Shown: piece by piece, positions 26,626 through 39,571 of the stretch
Position numbering within the stretch: position 1 is the stretch's first letter
How the letters are laid out: every line of letters begins with the position of its first letter
Source of the DNA: Mobula hypostoma
Taxonomy: Eukaryota
Assembly: GCF_963921235.1 (NCBI RefSeq)
Contig: NC_086097.1
Span: 212,228,001-212,292,000 of the forward strand
Direction of reading: 5' to 3'
DNA length: 64,000 bases
Program-made: the position numbers and the translations under genes
Notes under the pieces: model-generated
What the model was told of the DNA's origin: nothing
Seen by the model: only the letters and a program-made list of their open reading frames with translations
Database searches by the model: none

Positions 26626-27817
26626 TTTTCCATTCATGATTTTCTTTTTTCTTGGAATATATTTTTCCTGCACTTTCCTTTTTTCTTGTAGGAATTTCAT
26701 CCAATTCTGCTCTACCATCCCTCCATCTAACTTACTTTTCCAATCGACTTGGGCCAGTTCCTCTCTCATACCACGTAATTTCCTTTGTTCCACTGAAATA
26801 TCGATACACCTGACACCAGCTTCTCCTTTTCAAATCTGAAACCGAACTCAATCATATTCTGATCACTACTTCCAAGGGGTTCCATTACCTCCAGCTCCCT
26901 CATCGCCTCAGGTTCATTACACAGCACCCAATCCAAAACAGCTGATCCCCTGGTGGGCTTCTGGACAAGCTGCTCCAAAAAGCCATCCCGTAGGCATTCT
27001 ACAAACTCCCTCTCCTGAGATCCAGTACCTTCCTGACTTTCCCAATCCACTTTCATATTAAAATCCTCCATAATTATCTCGACATTTTCCTTCTGACACA
27101 CTTTTTCTATTTCCAGCTGTAACTTGTAGTCCACATCCAGCTGCTGTTTGGAAGCCTGTATATAACTGCTATTAGTGTCTTTTTACCCTTGCCATTTCTT
27201 AACTCGACCCATAAGGATTCTATCTGTTCTGATCCTATGTCCCTTCTTTCTAGTGATTTGATATCATTGCTTACCATCAGGGCCACACCATCCCCTTTAT
27301 CTTCCTATCTTTCCTATACACTGTGTATCCTTGGACATTCAGCTCCCAATCACATCCATCATTGATGATAATGGATAAAGACAACGCCAAGGATACAATT
27401 TTAAGACCCTTTTAGATCAGGTACTGTGGGATCATTTCGTACATCGATGAGATAGTTAGATATGGAGGAGTTTATTGATGGGGCATGCAGGATAGACATT
27501 AGTATAAGATGACATTCAAGAATGTCCACCAGCTATAATATGGGATATAATTCTTACTTACTCACTTTCTCATTCTCTCTTGCTACTTTCAACAAACCCC
27601 ACACAAGGACGCTCATCTTTCTCTTGCACCCTTTAGAATTATGCTCTCAGATTTATTGTTCCTATCAAAACATATCCCTTCAAATTTCTCAGCATAATAC
27701 TTCATCTGTCATATGCCTCCCATTCCATCAGCCTGTCTAGGGCTTCTTACAGTCTATTACTCTCATATCACCACTTTAAGTGCATCCATCCTTTCTAGTG
27801 CCCCATCTTTAACAAAC

Positions 27818-28013
27818 TTCAAGGTTCAAAGTAAATTCATTATTGAAGTACATATATGTCTCCATATACTACCCTGAGATTCATTTTCTTATGGGTATTC
27901 ACAGTAAATATAAAGAAGCACATAGAATCAGTGAGAAACTACACACAAGGAAAGACATACAAGCAACCAATGTACAAAATATATCGAACAGTGCAAAATA
28001 AGAAAAAAAACAA

Positions 28014-28062
<49 letters not shown>

Positions 28063-28460
28063 GCAATAAATAAATAAATAAATATTAAATACGCTTTGTA
28101 TTAAGAACCTGAGTTGTAGAGTCCTTGAAAGTGAGTCCATAGGTTGTGCAATCAGTTCAGTGTTGGGGTGAGTGAAGTTAAGCACGCTGGTTCAGGAGAC
28201 TGATGGTTGTGAAGTAATAAAGTTTGCTGAATCTGGTGGTGTGGGACTGAAGGCTCTTGGACCTCTTTCCTGATGGCAGCAGCGAGAAGATAGCATAGCC
28301 TGGATAGTGTGTTCCTTGATGATGGATGCTGCTTTGCTACGGAAGTGCACCTTGTAGATGTACGCAATGGTGGGAAGGGTTTTACCTGTGATGGACTGGA
28401 CTGTATTCACTACTCTTATAGGTTTTTCCATTCAAGGGCATTGGTGTCTGTAGACCAGTC
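27818..28460 (-). mobile_element. Rex/Babar LINE 3' end containing an (AAT)n microsatellite
   Basis: RVVNTVQSITG..KAASIIK motif; 3' UTR homologous to 45565-45745 plus 50777-50900. Confidence 0.8.
28014..28061. repeat. (AAT)n microsatellite, ~16 units
   Basis: Read directly from the sequence. Confidence 0.95.
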
Positions 28461-28667
28461 AGAATTTCATTATCTTCCTTGACGCAGACAACTATAAAGT
28501 ACCCATTTATGCCACACTCTCTGCCTTCAAAAACAGATTTCCTTTTTAGTCTCTGGTCAGCCCCATTAATATACTCTCAACACTCTTTCTTTAAGCTTTC
28601 CTTTTGCTTCTTATTATGGCTCTGAACTTTCCATAAGCAGTTGAGATTGCTTGTGTTAATAATTGGG

Positions 28668-30250
28668 CATCAGAATCAGAATCAGGTTTAATATCACTGT
28701 CATATGTCGTGAAATTTGACATTTTGTGGCAGCAGTACATTGCAATACATAACAATAAAAAACAATATATTACTCTCAGTACATATAAAAATAAATTAAA
28801 TAAGCAGTGCAAAAATCAGAATCTGAATCACTTCATTGCCAATATGTGAAACATGCCAGAATTGGTTGTGGTTTGGGTCCCAAGCATAAAACACAGACAA
28901 AACAACAGACAGTTTACAAGACAATAGTGCAAACAGCCATGAGCAATCAACAGTTAGTATAAGTATCAATAATCAAACTTAAATAAATGTGAACATATGA
29001 ACAGACTAAATAATTATCAACAGAACAAGGAGGACAGGAAAGACCATTTAATGGATGTTGTGCAGGGACAGTCGGGGTATTACACCAGAGTGAGTTTTGT
29101 TGACAAGTTAGATAGCTACAGGAATGAAGCTTTGGAGATGATGTGTAGGCCTGGTGGTGATAGCATGTTCCTGATGGTAAGCTGATGAATAGGTGACTGC
29201 TCGGGTGGGAGGAGTCAGCAATAATTTTTTCAGCTCTTTTCTTCACTCAAGCAATGAACAGGTCTTTTAATGTTCATGGCTGACAGACAATGATCTTCTC
29301 CACTCATTGCAAACTGGACTTGGAGACGGAGGAAGCAGCAAGAAACCAAACAGTGATAGGGGTGCAACACACATCAAAGTTGCTGGTGAACGCAGCAGGC
29401 CAGGCAGCATCTCTAGGAAGAGGTACAGTCGACGTTTCAGGCCGAGACCCTTCGTCAGGACTAGAGGTGGTACAACACTCTCAACGATGGCTGAGTAAAA
29501 ATTCATCAGGATATGCCGTGGGCTGTTAAATTTTCTAAGCTGGTGTAGGAAGAAAAGTCTCTGCTGAGCTTTCCAAGTCATGAGTGTCACGTGCTTGTCC
29601 CTCTCCTTAGCAAGGAATTGGTAAAGAGGGGGAAAAAGTACTGAGGTAATGTTCACGGGTTTATTGTCCATTCAGAAATCTGACAGCGGAGGGGAAGGAG
29701 CTGTTCCTGAAACATTAAATGTGTGTCTTCAGACTCCTGCACCTCCTCTTTGATAGTAGCAATGAGAAGAGGGCTTGTCCTTGTTGATGAGGGTCCTTAA
29801 TGACAGATGCCTCCTTTCTGAGGCATCGTATTTTGAAGATGTCCTGGATGCTGGGGAGGCTACTGCCTAGGAAGAATCTGGCTGAGTTTCAACTTTCTGC
29901 AGCTTTTTCTGATCTTGTCCAATGCCCTCTCCATACCAGACAGTGATACAACTGGTTAGAATACTCTCCTCAGTACATCTGTAGAAATTTGCAAGTCTTC
30001 TTTGGTGACATACCAATTCTCCTGAAGCTCCTAATGAAATAAAACCATTGTCATGCCTTGTTGGTAATTCTATCAATACGTTGGGCCCAGCATAGATCCT
30101 CAGAGATGTTAACACCCAGGAACTTTAAATTGCTCAGTCCTGATTCCTCGATAAGGACTGGTGTGAGTTCCCTCAACTTTCCCTTTCTGAAAATCCACAA
30201 TCAGTACTACTGATGTTGAATGCAAGGTTATTGCTACGACACCACACAAC
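28668..30250 (-). mobile_element. Two nested Rex/Babar 3' fragments, with a Penelope-type short insert at ~29365-29462
   Basis: (TCTGAT)n tails at 28668 and 28815; KAQQRLFFLHQLRKF and LANFYRCTEESILTSCITVWYG motifs. Confidence 0.8.
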
Positions 30251-31284
30251 CATTCATAGGCTCTTTATTGCTCTATCAGTTTGGTTGTGTGGAGAGCTCC
30301 GACTTCACTATTCCTACTCTTCTCCTTCATGAAAATGAATTTAAAGTGAAACATCTCCACTTTATCCAGGCAAGGTCTGTTCTCAGGCATTTTACAATTA
30401 CTCTTTTTCAACCAATATTTTTCAATTTTTCTTGTTTTTTTAAAAAATTTATTCAATTTCCTGGTTTCAGCTCAACTGTTATTATGGATGTGGGTGAGGG
30501 AGAAATGAAGGAGATGTATTTCAAATGGGCTTCATTCAGGGTGGCCTAGCATCATATCCATGTGCAAATTAAGAGGAACTGGAGTTATAACAGTAAGAAC
30601 TTTCATCTGTAGCAATGTCTGTGATGTTAAGTTTGAATTCCATATTATTCTACTTCCTAAAAGAGAATTTACTGTAGAGTGGAATGAGTTAAGGCAGAAG
30701 GCAGTTTGACTTGGGGGGGCAGGGCCGCATCTTCTCTCTGGGCACTTTGCAGCTTACAGGATTGATACTAACATTGAACCCCTCAACTTTAGGCACCTCA
30801 CTTTTTCTGTATCAGAACTGGATATCTCTACCTGCCATAGTTTTAATTTAATTTTTTTTTGGTTTTGGTTTGGCCTGCTAGATGTCCTTTACAGTCCTAT
30901 CAATAGTGTTATATAAAGAAGCTTAATCTAATTTTAACTGCTACATTAAGTCATCTGGTCTCACTTTATCAAAGACATTCCTTTTCAACTACACATTTCC
31001 TATCCACCTTCTTTGCTACCTAAACTATAGTAACTTTTATTCTCCTTTTCCCAATTCTGAAGCAGGGTTACACATCTGAAACGTTAACAGTTTCTCTTTC
31101 CACAGATGGTGTCGGCACGGCTGAGAGTTCTCAACATTCTACTCCTTAATGCAAAAAAAAGTCCCATTTTAATATTAAGAATGAATAATAAAATAATCTA
31201 AAACAGAAATATTGGTTGAGGTGTGAACTGTAGTTAAGATACATAGAGAATTCCCCTTCTTAGCTTCAATCAATAATTTAATTC

Positions 31285-31440
31285 CTCTGAAAGAAGAGAC
31301 AGGGCTTAAGTTTTAAACATCTCATTCCAAAGACAATAAAACAGGCCTTGATACTGTCAACATGGATTACTCATTTTAAATCTGAGCATTGGGTTTGAAC
31401 CAAAACAGTTCTGAATCAAAGGTAAAAGTACTACAACTAA
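31285..31440 (-). mobile_element. Ancient Deu-domain SINE remnant (SacSINE1/AmnSINE-like)
   Basis: TTTAAACATCTCATTCCAAAGAC resembles the recalled Deu-domain core; degenerate tRNA-like head. Confidence 0.5.
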
Positions 31441-32739
31441 TTTGGTTCACCTTTCTGAATTATTCCAGATATTGCTTTCAGTACTGCAGATCATAACTTC
31501 TATCTCAGACTGTTCTCCTCCAGGGAGACACTATCATCATTATGTTCAGTAAAAACTGGCTCCCATGACAAGCGTGTGCCTCAAGCTTTCATTGCTAATA
31601 AGGACCCATGACAGTGTTTGTATTCCTTCTATGAGTTACTGTTATATGATTTATGTTCTGATCCATTAATTTGTTTACTGGCATTTTCAATAACTTGTTT
31701 CAAGTAGGTTTACAGGGAATATAACTGACAATGGCAATACTGAAAGAAGGCATCTGATAAAATGATACAAATAAAATGAACAAATAGCAGGAAATACCAT
31801 ATCCACAAACATATAAAAATTGAAATTCAACCCTACATTAATCAGAAGATATTTAACTTATATCTAGGCCATAATCAGTAAATATATATAAATTATTGAC
31901 CTTTCACTGACTTAGATTGAAAGTGAAAACTAATATTACAGTTTTTTTAAATTAAAGAGATTTTATTTACCAGAATAAAATCAAAAGCAAAACTACATTT
32001 ACAAGATCCTGTAACCTGCAGCAAAATAAACAAATTGTTGGAGGAACACAGTGAGTGGGTATCTGTGGGGGTTCATGGACAATCAAAGATTTGGGGTCTA
32101 GACACATCAAAAGGACTGGAAGGATGGAATGGAGATAGCCAGTAGAAAGAGGTGAGGTGAAGGGAGGGGAGGGAAGTGGTGGGACAAGAGTAACAATTGC
32201 TCAGGTGAAGAGGGGCATTTGCAGGTGGGATTGTTGGGAAGTCAAATTGGCAGATGTTCCAAAGACTGGTGTTTGTACCTGTCCTCCGCCGGGTGCGTGG
32301 TAACTTAGAGAAGCAGCTGTGAAGAACAGCAGTGAACAACGTTTACTTTTAAAGCTTGGAAACTGTGCTGCTTAAGCTAACAAAACCAGACCCAATATTT
32401 TATATTCAAGGAAGTTGTCTTCTAAAACCCAGTTGTGATTGCAAGTTCTGCAAGAAGAGACTTCCACACCCCATGGTTGCAGCACCCATTGAGGGATTTA
32501 ACTGTCAACCTGAGTCTTTTCACTGGCAAGTTCCAGCAAGCTAAGAAACAAGTACATATGAAGTTATATTTTTAAAAGCCCTGCTGAAATCAATCTCATT
32601 AGACAACTGGCAAATTGCACACAGCTTGATGCCTTCAGGTTAAATGTGGAAGAGGAACCACCCACTGTGCAGTCACTTTGAGTATTTTAACTTCTGATCC
32701 ACTTCTAAACTTGCTCTCTTCCAGTGAGACCAACGTATC

Positions 32740-34030
32740 AAAACATCATTGGCGAGTAGCTAATGTTGTTCTATTTTTCAAGAAGGGAACCAAGGAAAAT
32801 CCTGGAAACTATAGACTGGCGAGTCTCACGTCAGTGGTAGAGAAGTTGCTGGAGAAAATTCTTAAAGTCATAGAAAACTACAGCATAGAAACAGGCCCTT
32901 CTGCCAATCTAGTCCATCCTGATAGGGATAGGATTTATGAACATTTGGAAAACCATGGCCTAATTAAGAATGCCAGCATGGGCTTGTAGGGGGAAAATCG
33001 TGTCTTACTAACTTGATTATGTTTTTTGACAAGGTGACGATGGTGATTGTTGAAGGTAGAGCTGTGGATGTTGTCTACATGGATTTTAGTGAGGCGTTTG
33101 ACAAGGCTCCTCTTGGGAGGCTCGTCCAGAAGATTTAAGATGCATGGGATCCATGGTGAATTGGCTGTTTGGATTCAAAACTAGTTTGCTGATTGGAGAC
33201 AGAGAGTAGCCGTTGAAGTGGTGTTCCACAGGGATCTGAACTGGGACTTCTGCTATTTGTGATGTTTATAAGTGACCTGGATGAAAATGTAAATGGGTGG
33301 GTTAGTAAGTTTGCAGAGATGCAAGCATTGGTGGTGTTGTGGATAGTGCAGAAGACTGGCAAAAAATACATTGGGTCACCAATATGGATGGAGAAATGGC
33401 AGATGAAGCTTAGCCAGGCTAAATGTGAACGTCTGATCTTGGCAGGTTAAATGTAAAGAGACAGTACACAGTTAATGGCAAGACCTTAACAATGTTGATG
33501 AGCAGGGGAATCTTAGGGTCCAGGTTCATAGCTCACTAAAGGTAGCTATACAGGTTGATCGGGTGGCTAAGAAGGCAGCTGGCATACTTGCCCTCATTAG
33601 TCAAGGTATTGAGTTCAAAAGTCAGAAGTTATGCTGTAGTTTTTTTTAAAACTCTGGTTAGGCCACATCTGGAGTATGTTTTAGTTTTAGTTGCCCCATT
33701 ATAGGGAAGATGCTGAGGCTTTGGAGAGGGTGTTGAAGAGGTTTACCAGGATGTTGCCTTGGTACGTACAGTAATGAGAGGTTAAACAGAGAAAGATTGC
33801 AGCAAGCTGTTGTGCAGAGTGACTTGGGAGTGCTTGTGCATGACTTGCATAAGGCTGGTTTGCAGTTACAACAGATTATCATGAATGCAAATAGAATGTT
33901 GGCCTTCATTGCTAGAGAGTTTGAATTTAAGAGCAAAGAGGTAATGGAGGTTACTGGTGAGGTTGCATCTGGAGTTCTGAATGGAGCTCTGGTTTCCTTA
34001 TTTAAGGAAAGATATACCGCCATTGGAGAT
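32740..34030 (+). mobile_element. Decayed CR1 fragments
   Basis: WRVANVV..KKG..PGNYRL, SGVPQG and NANRMLAFIAR motifs. Confidence 0.85.
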
Positions 34031-34096
34031 GATGCAGAGGCCTGGAGCCATCAAATGCCCCTCGTATGGTAACCTTTTCATCTCCAGTATCATATA

Positions 34097-34941
34097 CAGG
34101 TGCACATTCCTTTATCCGAAATTCTGAAATCCAAAAAGCTCTGAAAACCGAAGTTTTTTCGCCAACAGCTGACGTCACTCAGGTGTGACCTGGCAGCACT
34201 AGCAGAGGCCTCCAGACGTCAGTTGTGGCTCAGCGCTCGTACTGGTTACACGTGCATTTGCTGTTCACTGATATTTTGTGTTCACTGTTGACTTTGTGTT
34301 TAAGTTTACTGTGAAAATGTCAAAAAGAGCTGCAGATACCCCTCTGGGTAACAATGAGAAAAAGAGAAGGAAACATCTATCATTATCAATAATGCAGAAA
34401 GTGGAGTTATTGCAAAAGTGTGATTGCGGTGTGTCTGTGCGGCGTCTTACTGAAGAAAATAGTGTCGGAACTATCACTGTATATGATTTAAATAAACAGA
34501 AAGACAAGTTACTGAAGTTTTATAGTGACAGTAACGTTCTACATTTATCTCAATAAGTCATTTACCATATGTTTGATTTGGTTCGTTTGAAGCTGTATAT
34601 TTTTATGTTTTATTGAATGTTTTTGTTGGAAATAAAATTTCTTCTTGTCATTATTCCCTAAACAATACAGTATAACAATTATTTACATAGCATTTACATT
34701 GTATTAGGTATTATAAGTAATCTAGAGATGATTTAAAGTATATGGGAGGATGTGCGTAGGTTTGGTGGGCCGCTGGGTCCTAAAGTCTACCGCATTGAGA
34801 CTGGTTAAATAAGGGACTTGAGCATATGTGTTTTTTGGTATTGGGGGGGGAGGGGGTTGGGGGGGGGTCTGAAATCCGAAAAATTCTGAATTCCGAAATG
34901 CAACTGGCCCCAAGGATTTCGGATAAGGGATTGTGGACCTG
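34097..34941 (+). mobile_element. Tigger/pogo-family internally deleted DNA transposon (845 bp)
   Basis: TA on both sides; imperfect ~26-bp TIRs CAGGT(G/C)CACA(T/A)TCC(T/C)TTATCCGAAAT; retains the transposase N-terminus MSKRAADTP..RKHLSLSIMQKVELL (CENP-B-type HTH). Confidence 0.92.
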
Positions 34942-34949
34942 TATGTCTC

Positions 34950-36560
34950 TGGACGCGGTCTAATCCCAGCACAATCTTCCTTAGATTAGGACCTAAAACC
35001 ACTCACAATACTTCAAAAATAATCTGACTAAAACATTATAAAACATCAACATTACATCCTTGCTTTTATATTGTGATCATCTGGAAATGAATGCCAATGT
35101 TGCATTTGCTTTCCTGACTACTGATTCAACCTGCAATTTACCCTTAGGGAAATCCTGCACTAAGATTCCCAAGTCTCTTTGCACCTCTGATTTCTGAATT
35201 TTCTCCCTGTTTAGAAAATAGTCTATGCCTTCATTCCTTCTCTGAATATATATCACAATATACTTGCTATGCTGTATTCCATCTGCCACTTCCTTGTCCA
35301 TTCTTCCGACCTGTTCTTTCATGTTTGTTTTTTAAAGCTACCCAATCTTCTAGCTTCCTGCTAAATTTTGCAATATTGCATGTCTTCCTTTCATGCTGTC
35401 TTTGACTTTGTCATCCTTCCTTTAGAATGTTGTTTCTTCATTGGGATGAAGTGATCCTGAGTCTTCCAGGTAAATTGCAGATACTCCTGGCATTGCTGCT
35501 CTACTGTCCTCCCTGCTAGGCTCCCCTTTCAATCAAATTTGGTCAGCTTCTCTCTCATGGACAGTAGTTACCTTTACTTAGCAACAATACTGACACATTG
35601 GATTTTAGCTTCTCCCTCTCTGCAGGGTGAATTCTACCATATTATGATCACTTCCTCTAAACATATCTTTATCTTAAACTCCCTAATCAAATCTGGTGCA
35701 TTACACTACACCAGAACCAGAATTGCCTTTTCTTGGGATCCAGCGCCAACCAAATTTTCCCAGTCTAATTGCATATTTAAGTCCCCCATGACCGCTGCAA
35801 CATTGTTTTTCTTATGTACCTTTTTAAAAATCCCCAACTGTTGTTTGTATATCACTTCCTAGTGACTCATAGAACATAGAAAACCTTCAGAACAATACAG
35901 GCCCTTTAGCCCACAAAGCTGTGCTGAACATGTCCTTACCTTAGTACTACCTAGGCTTACCCATAGCCCTCTATTTTTCTAAGCTGCATGTACCTATCTT
36001 GGAATCTCTTAAAAGACCACATCGTTTCCACCTCCTCCACCACCGCAGCCGGCAGCCCATTCCATGTACTCACCACTCTCTGCGTAAAAAACTTACCCCT
36101 GATATCTCCTCTGTACCTGCTTCCAAGCACCTTAAAACTGTGCCCTCTCGTGCTAGCCAGTTCAGCCCTGGGGAAAAGCCTCTGACTATCCACACGATCA
36201 ATGCCTCTCATCATCTTATACACCTCTATCAGGTCATCTCTCATTGTCCGTTGCTCCAAGGAAAAAGGCCAAGTTCAATCAACCTATTCTCATAAGGCAT
36301 GCTCCCCAATCCAGGCAACATCCTTGTAAATCTCCTCTGCACCCTTTCTATGGTTTCCATGTCCTTCCTGAACAGAGCACAGTACTCCAAGTGGGATCTG
36401 ACCAGGGTCCTATATAGCTGCAACATTACCTCTTGGCTCTTAAACTCAATCTTCAGAGCCCTGTGTATAACTCCAATCAGGGTCATTTTACCCATACAGT
36501 TTCTTAACTCTGTTCTCAAGGATTCTATGTCTTCTGATCGTATGTCACTTGTTGCCAAGG
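34950..36560 (-). mobile_element. CR1 fragments, including a younger 3' end at ~35866-36455
   Basis: ORFs 35077-35322, 35957-36259 and 36241-36600 carry CR1 motifs. Confidence 0.85.
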
Positions 36561-37199
36561 ATTTGCTAATCCAGGGAGGGCCTGTAAAAATCTGTCCCAA
36601 ATTGAGTTACTGGAGAAATTGCTGGTTATGTATATTCAAGTCTCCACTGTAATAGGATGGATCACCCAACCAATTCCAGTTCTGGAGTCTTTACCTTCAC
36701 AGATGCTTCTGAGAACTCTAATATGACATTTTTAGTTTGGCTACATTTCCCTGTTAAACTGAAGATCTCATTGCTTCTGAAACCAAGAAGCTGCAGTCAG
36801 TGAATTGCTGTTGGTAATTGTCAGAGATGCCATACTTAGGAAGGGGAAGCTCTGGAAATTTACTCACAGGGCAATTCCCCTGAAATGGCACATGGCTTGC
36901 TTTTTCATCACTGGACAGGAATGAATTTAAGGGGCATACAAACATAAAGCCACTCAGCCCCTCATACTTGCTCTGCTATTTACAAAGATCATGGCTGATC
37001 TGATTGGAACTGCAACATCTCACTTCTGTCAACTCACCTTAGGGTAACTTTTCGCTCCTTTGCTTATCAACAATCTATTTACCTCAAAAATATTCAAACA
37101 TTCATCTTCCACCATCAGCATGGAGAGAGATCCAAAATCTCAGAAGTCGTTGGTTTGATGCAAAGTTCAGACTGTTACATATTGCGTGTAGCAAGAATG

Positions 37200-38420
37200 A
37201 CAGAGGGGTACATAACTAAGTGTTTTTACTGAGTCATATTAAGTGCAGTACATGTTGTGGAACTTACATTGTGGGAACTATGAACTGGGCCCGCCAAGAA
37301 GATAGACATGTACACTTGAAAGTGCCCAAAGGAGAGTGTCTCCCGCATGCCGGAGGGTCAGTAGATTCAATGCGTGATCGATCGGCTGTATGGACACTCG
37401 CCACATTCCTGCAATTAAATCACTCCTCTCATAGGTGGGAACCACAGAGGAAGGGAATAAATGAGATAAACTGAAAAAAATGGTGAAATGTCTATCCCGC
37501 CTGGTAACGATGAACTGGCCAGAACACTCTCATGGACCGCTGGAGGGTGCAACTACTCTCTCTGTGCCTTCCTGGTTAGCTGATGTCCATGGCAGTGGAC
37601 TGAGAATATCTTCTCTTGACGAAGAGTCCATTGGTTTATCTACTGGGGTGCTGGCTTTATCAGCAGAGCTTTCCTAGGGCACCATCAAATCACTGGCGTA
37701 TACGATCCAAATGACACCTAACAACCTGTCTGTCTTTCAGATCAAGTCCTGTTACTTGGCCGGGACAATGCCAGAGGGCAGCCGGTAGCCAGTTTCACTC
37801 CTGCGAGATTCCACTGTTTCTGGCACCAAGCATTTGCGGCCTGGTGTATATAATGTGTTTTCGTTTGGCTTGCTGAAAATTTGCTCCTCGGCTGGCTGTA
37901 TCACATCTGCTCTCGGTAGTTGGTCGAGTTCTCCTTCTCCCTTTGGGCCCACCCCATACGCCTCTGGGCCAACCATGGAAAACATCAGCTGGCAGTTTTC
38001 CTTAGCCACTGGACCGTGGTATTGACCCAAAGCATCAGCTTGGAAAACCTGCTGGTGCTTTTGTAATGGAGAATTCAATACACGGTAACCCTCTCCCCAT
38101 CTGGTTGATGCAAGGCAGCACCTATGGCATCAAATTAGACCATTGCTCTCCCTGACCACATGCATGGGTAAGAGAAACAGGTCCCCTGGTGAACCATTTC
38201 TGCCATAAAAACACCACGCATATCCACGCTCATTGCCCGTTGTAGATCCAGAACACCGGGTTCTGTGGTCGTAATTTTAGAATCTCATACAAGTTGAAAG
38301 TATATCGAAGTACATACAGCATGTACAAAACCGCAGCTTCCTTGGGCTGCGTATGTCTGGGGAATACACACACCAGTCCTGCCACTTCCGTGATATTAGG
38401 ATAGCTCTCCCACCTCAAAC
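37200..38420 (-). mobile_element. Highly decayed second Gypsy (K02A2.6-like) pol remnant
   Basis: IYNGQ, LPMHVVR and PKGEGELDQL..ADVIQP resemble the protease-RT junction region. Confidence 0.5.
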
Positions 38421-39571
38421 ACCGGTTTGTGTCAACTTTCCCTTTTCCGGAGAGAGTTTCTCCCGGCTTGTCTCACAGGGACACTGGACATTACCGTCAC
38501 CGGGAAGAGGTGTGCCATGGGCATCCCGCACCTGATGGTGATCTCCCTCTCCGAGGTGTTCCTGACAATCACTGTCATCCAGTTCACCCGCCCAACCGAG
38601 GACTTCTGCAGTTCAGTCTCACCAGTACCCAGGCAGGTAAGCCTGACTCCTCTTTGTGGTCTTCCAGAGCATCCACCCCAAGAGGGCCTCGGCACCAGAT
38701 ATTCTGTGAAATCTGGGGTTTTCCATCACTGGAGCCACTTCCCCAGGCTGTAACACGACTGGTTTGAACTGGGTGCACCACATACTTCCTTGTTTATGCT
38801 CATCATTCAGCCCAGTGCTTCCTCAAAAGCAGCTCTGAACACAGTGTGTATGGACAATGTTTTCAGAACGCTCTCTCCAACTCTCTTGCAGGCTTCCATG
38901 AGTCTCCTCACAATAGGAATATTTGTTCCCACAAGAATTGAAACTCCGCCCTTCTTGACTGGGTCCGGACAAACCAGCACTAATGTATCAAGGACCTCAG
39001 CTGCTCCCACATCTGCCTCCGAAAACTCCAGCTTCAACGACAAGTAACCTTCATACAGGTCGTCATCCGTACTAAGACCCCAGATCTCTCGTGCACTGAG
39101 TGGTGTCAATGGTAAATGTGTCAAATACTGGCTGTAAAATGAACAGACAGCAGAGTAACCTGAGGGATGGTGGCAAGTATGGCTCTAGCATAACTAACCT
39201 TGATCCGTAGCAATACACTGGAGCTTGGTCCCACTAAGCCTTCAGGAATAGGTTCTTTTGCTTTAGGATGTTCCTTGATATATTGATTAGAATGTGTTCC
39301 CCACAAGATGCCAAACCATTTCCTCACTGGGTCTCTTCTAGGTTTCTCAACGTCTCTCTGCGCTTAGGTACACGCAGGCTCACTTCCGAAGGCTTTCCCA
39401 GCCTTCACACTCCCGCTTGAAGTGTCCCTCTTCCCCACAGTTATAGCAGACAATACCGGTCGCACCCTTCTTTCAGGACACTGTTCACTAGCAGTTTCTG
39501 CTTAATCTGTCCCCTCAGTGGGTCTCACTCCCAGTCGTCGGCTTTGTCATGCACTGTGGCTGCACCCAGCG

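Larger units (their letters stand above)
20360..27360 (-). mobile_element. CR1 LINE (endonuclease + RT) interrupted by a Gypsy element and by retroposon copy C
   Basis: The YLDFQKAFD|KMPHKRLL motif is split exactly by the LTR element. ORFs 25061-25423, 25564-25938 and 26766-27134 are CR1 ORF2 pieces. Confidence 0.9.

Noticed and set aside
27856..28185. Poly-Ile and poly-Tyr ORFs
   Set aside because: These are translations of the (AAT)n microsatellite.
34278..34556. JRKL/TIGD-like host gene
   Set aside because: Only the HTH start is present, inside a TIR-bounded deleted transposon.
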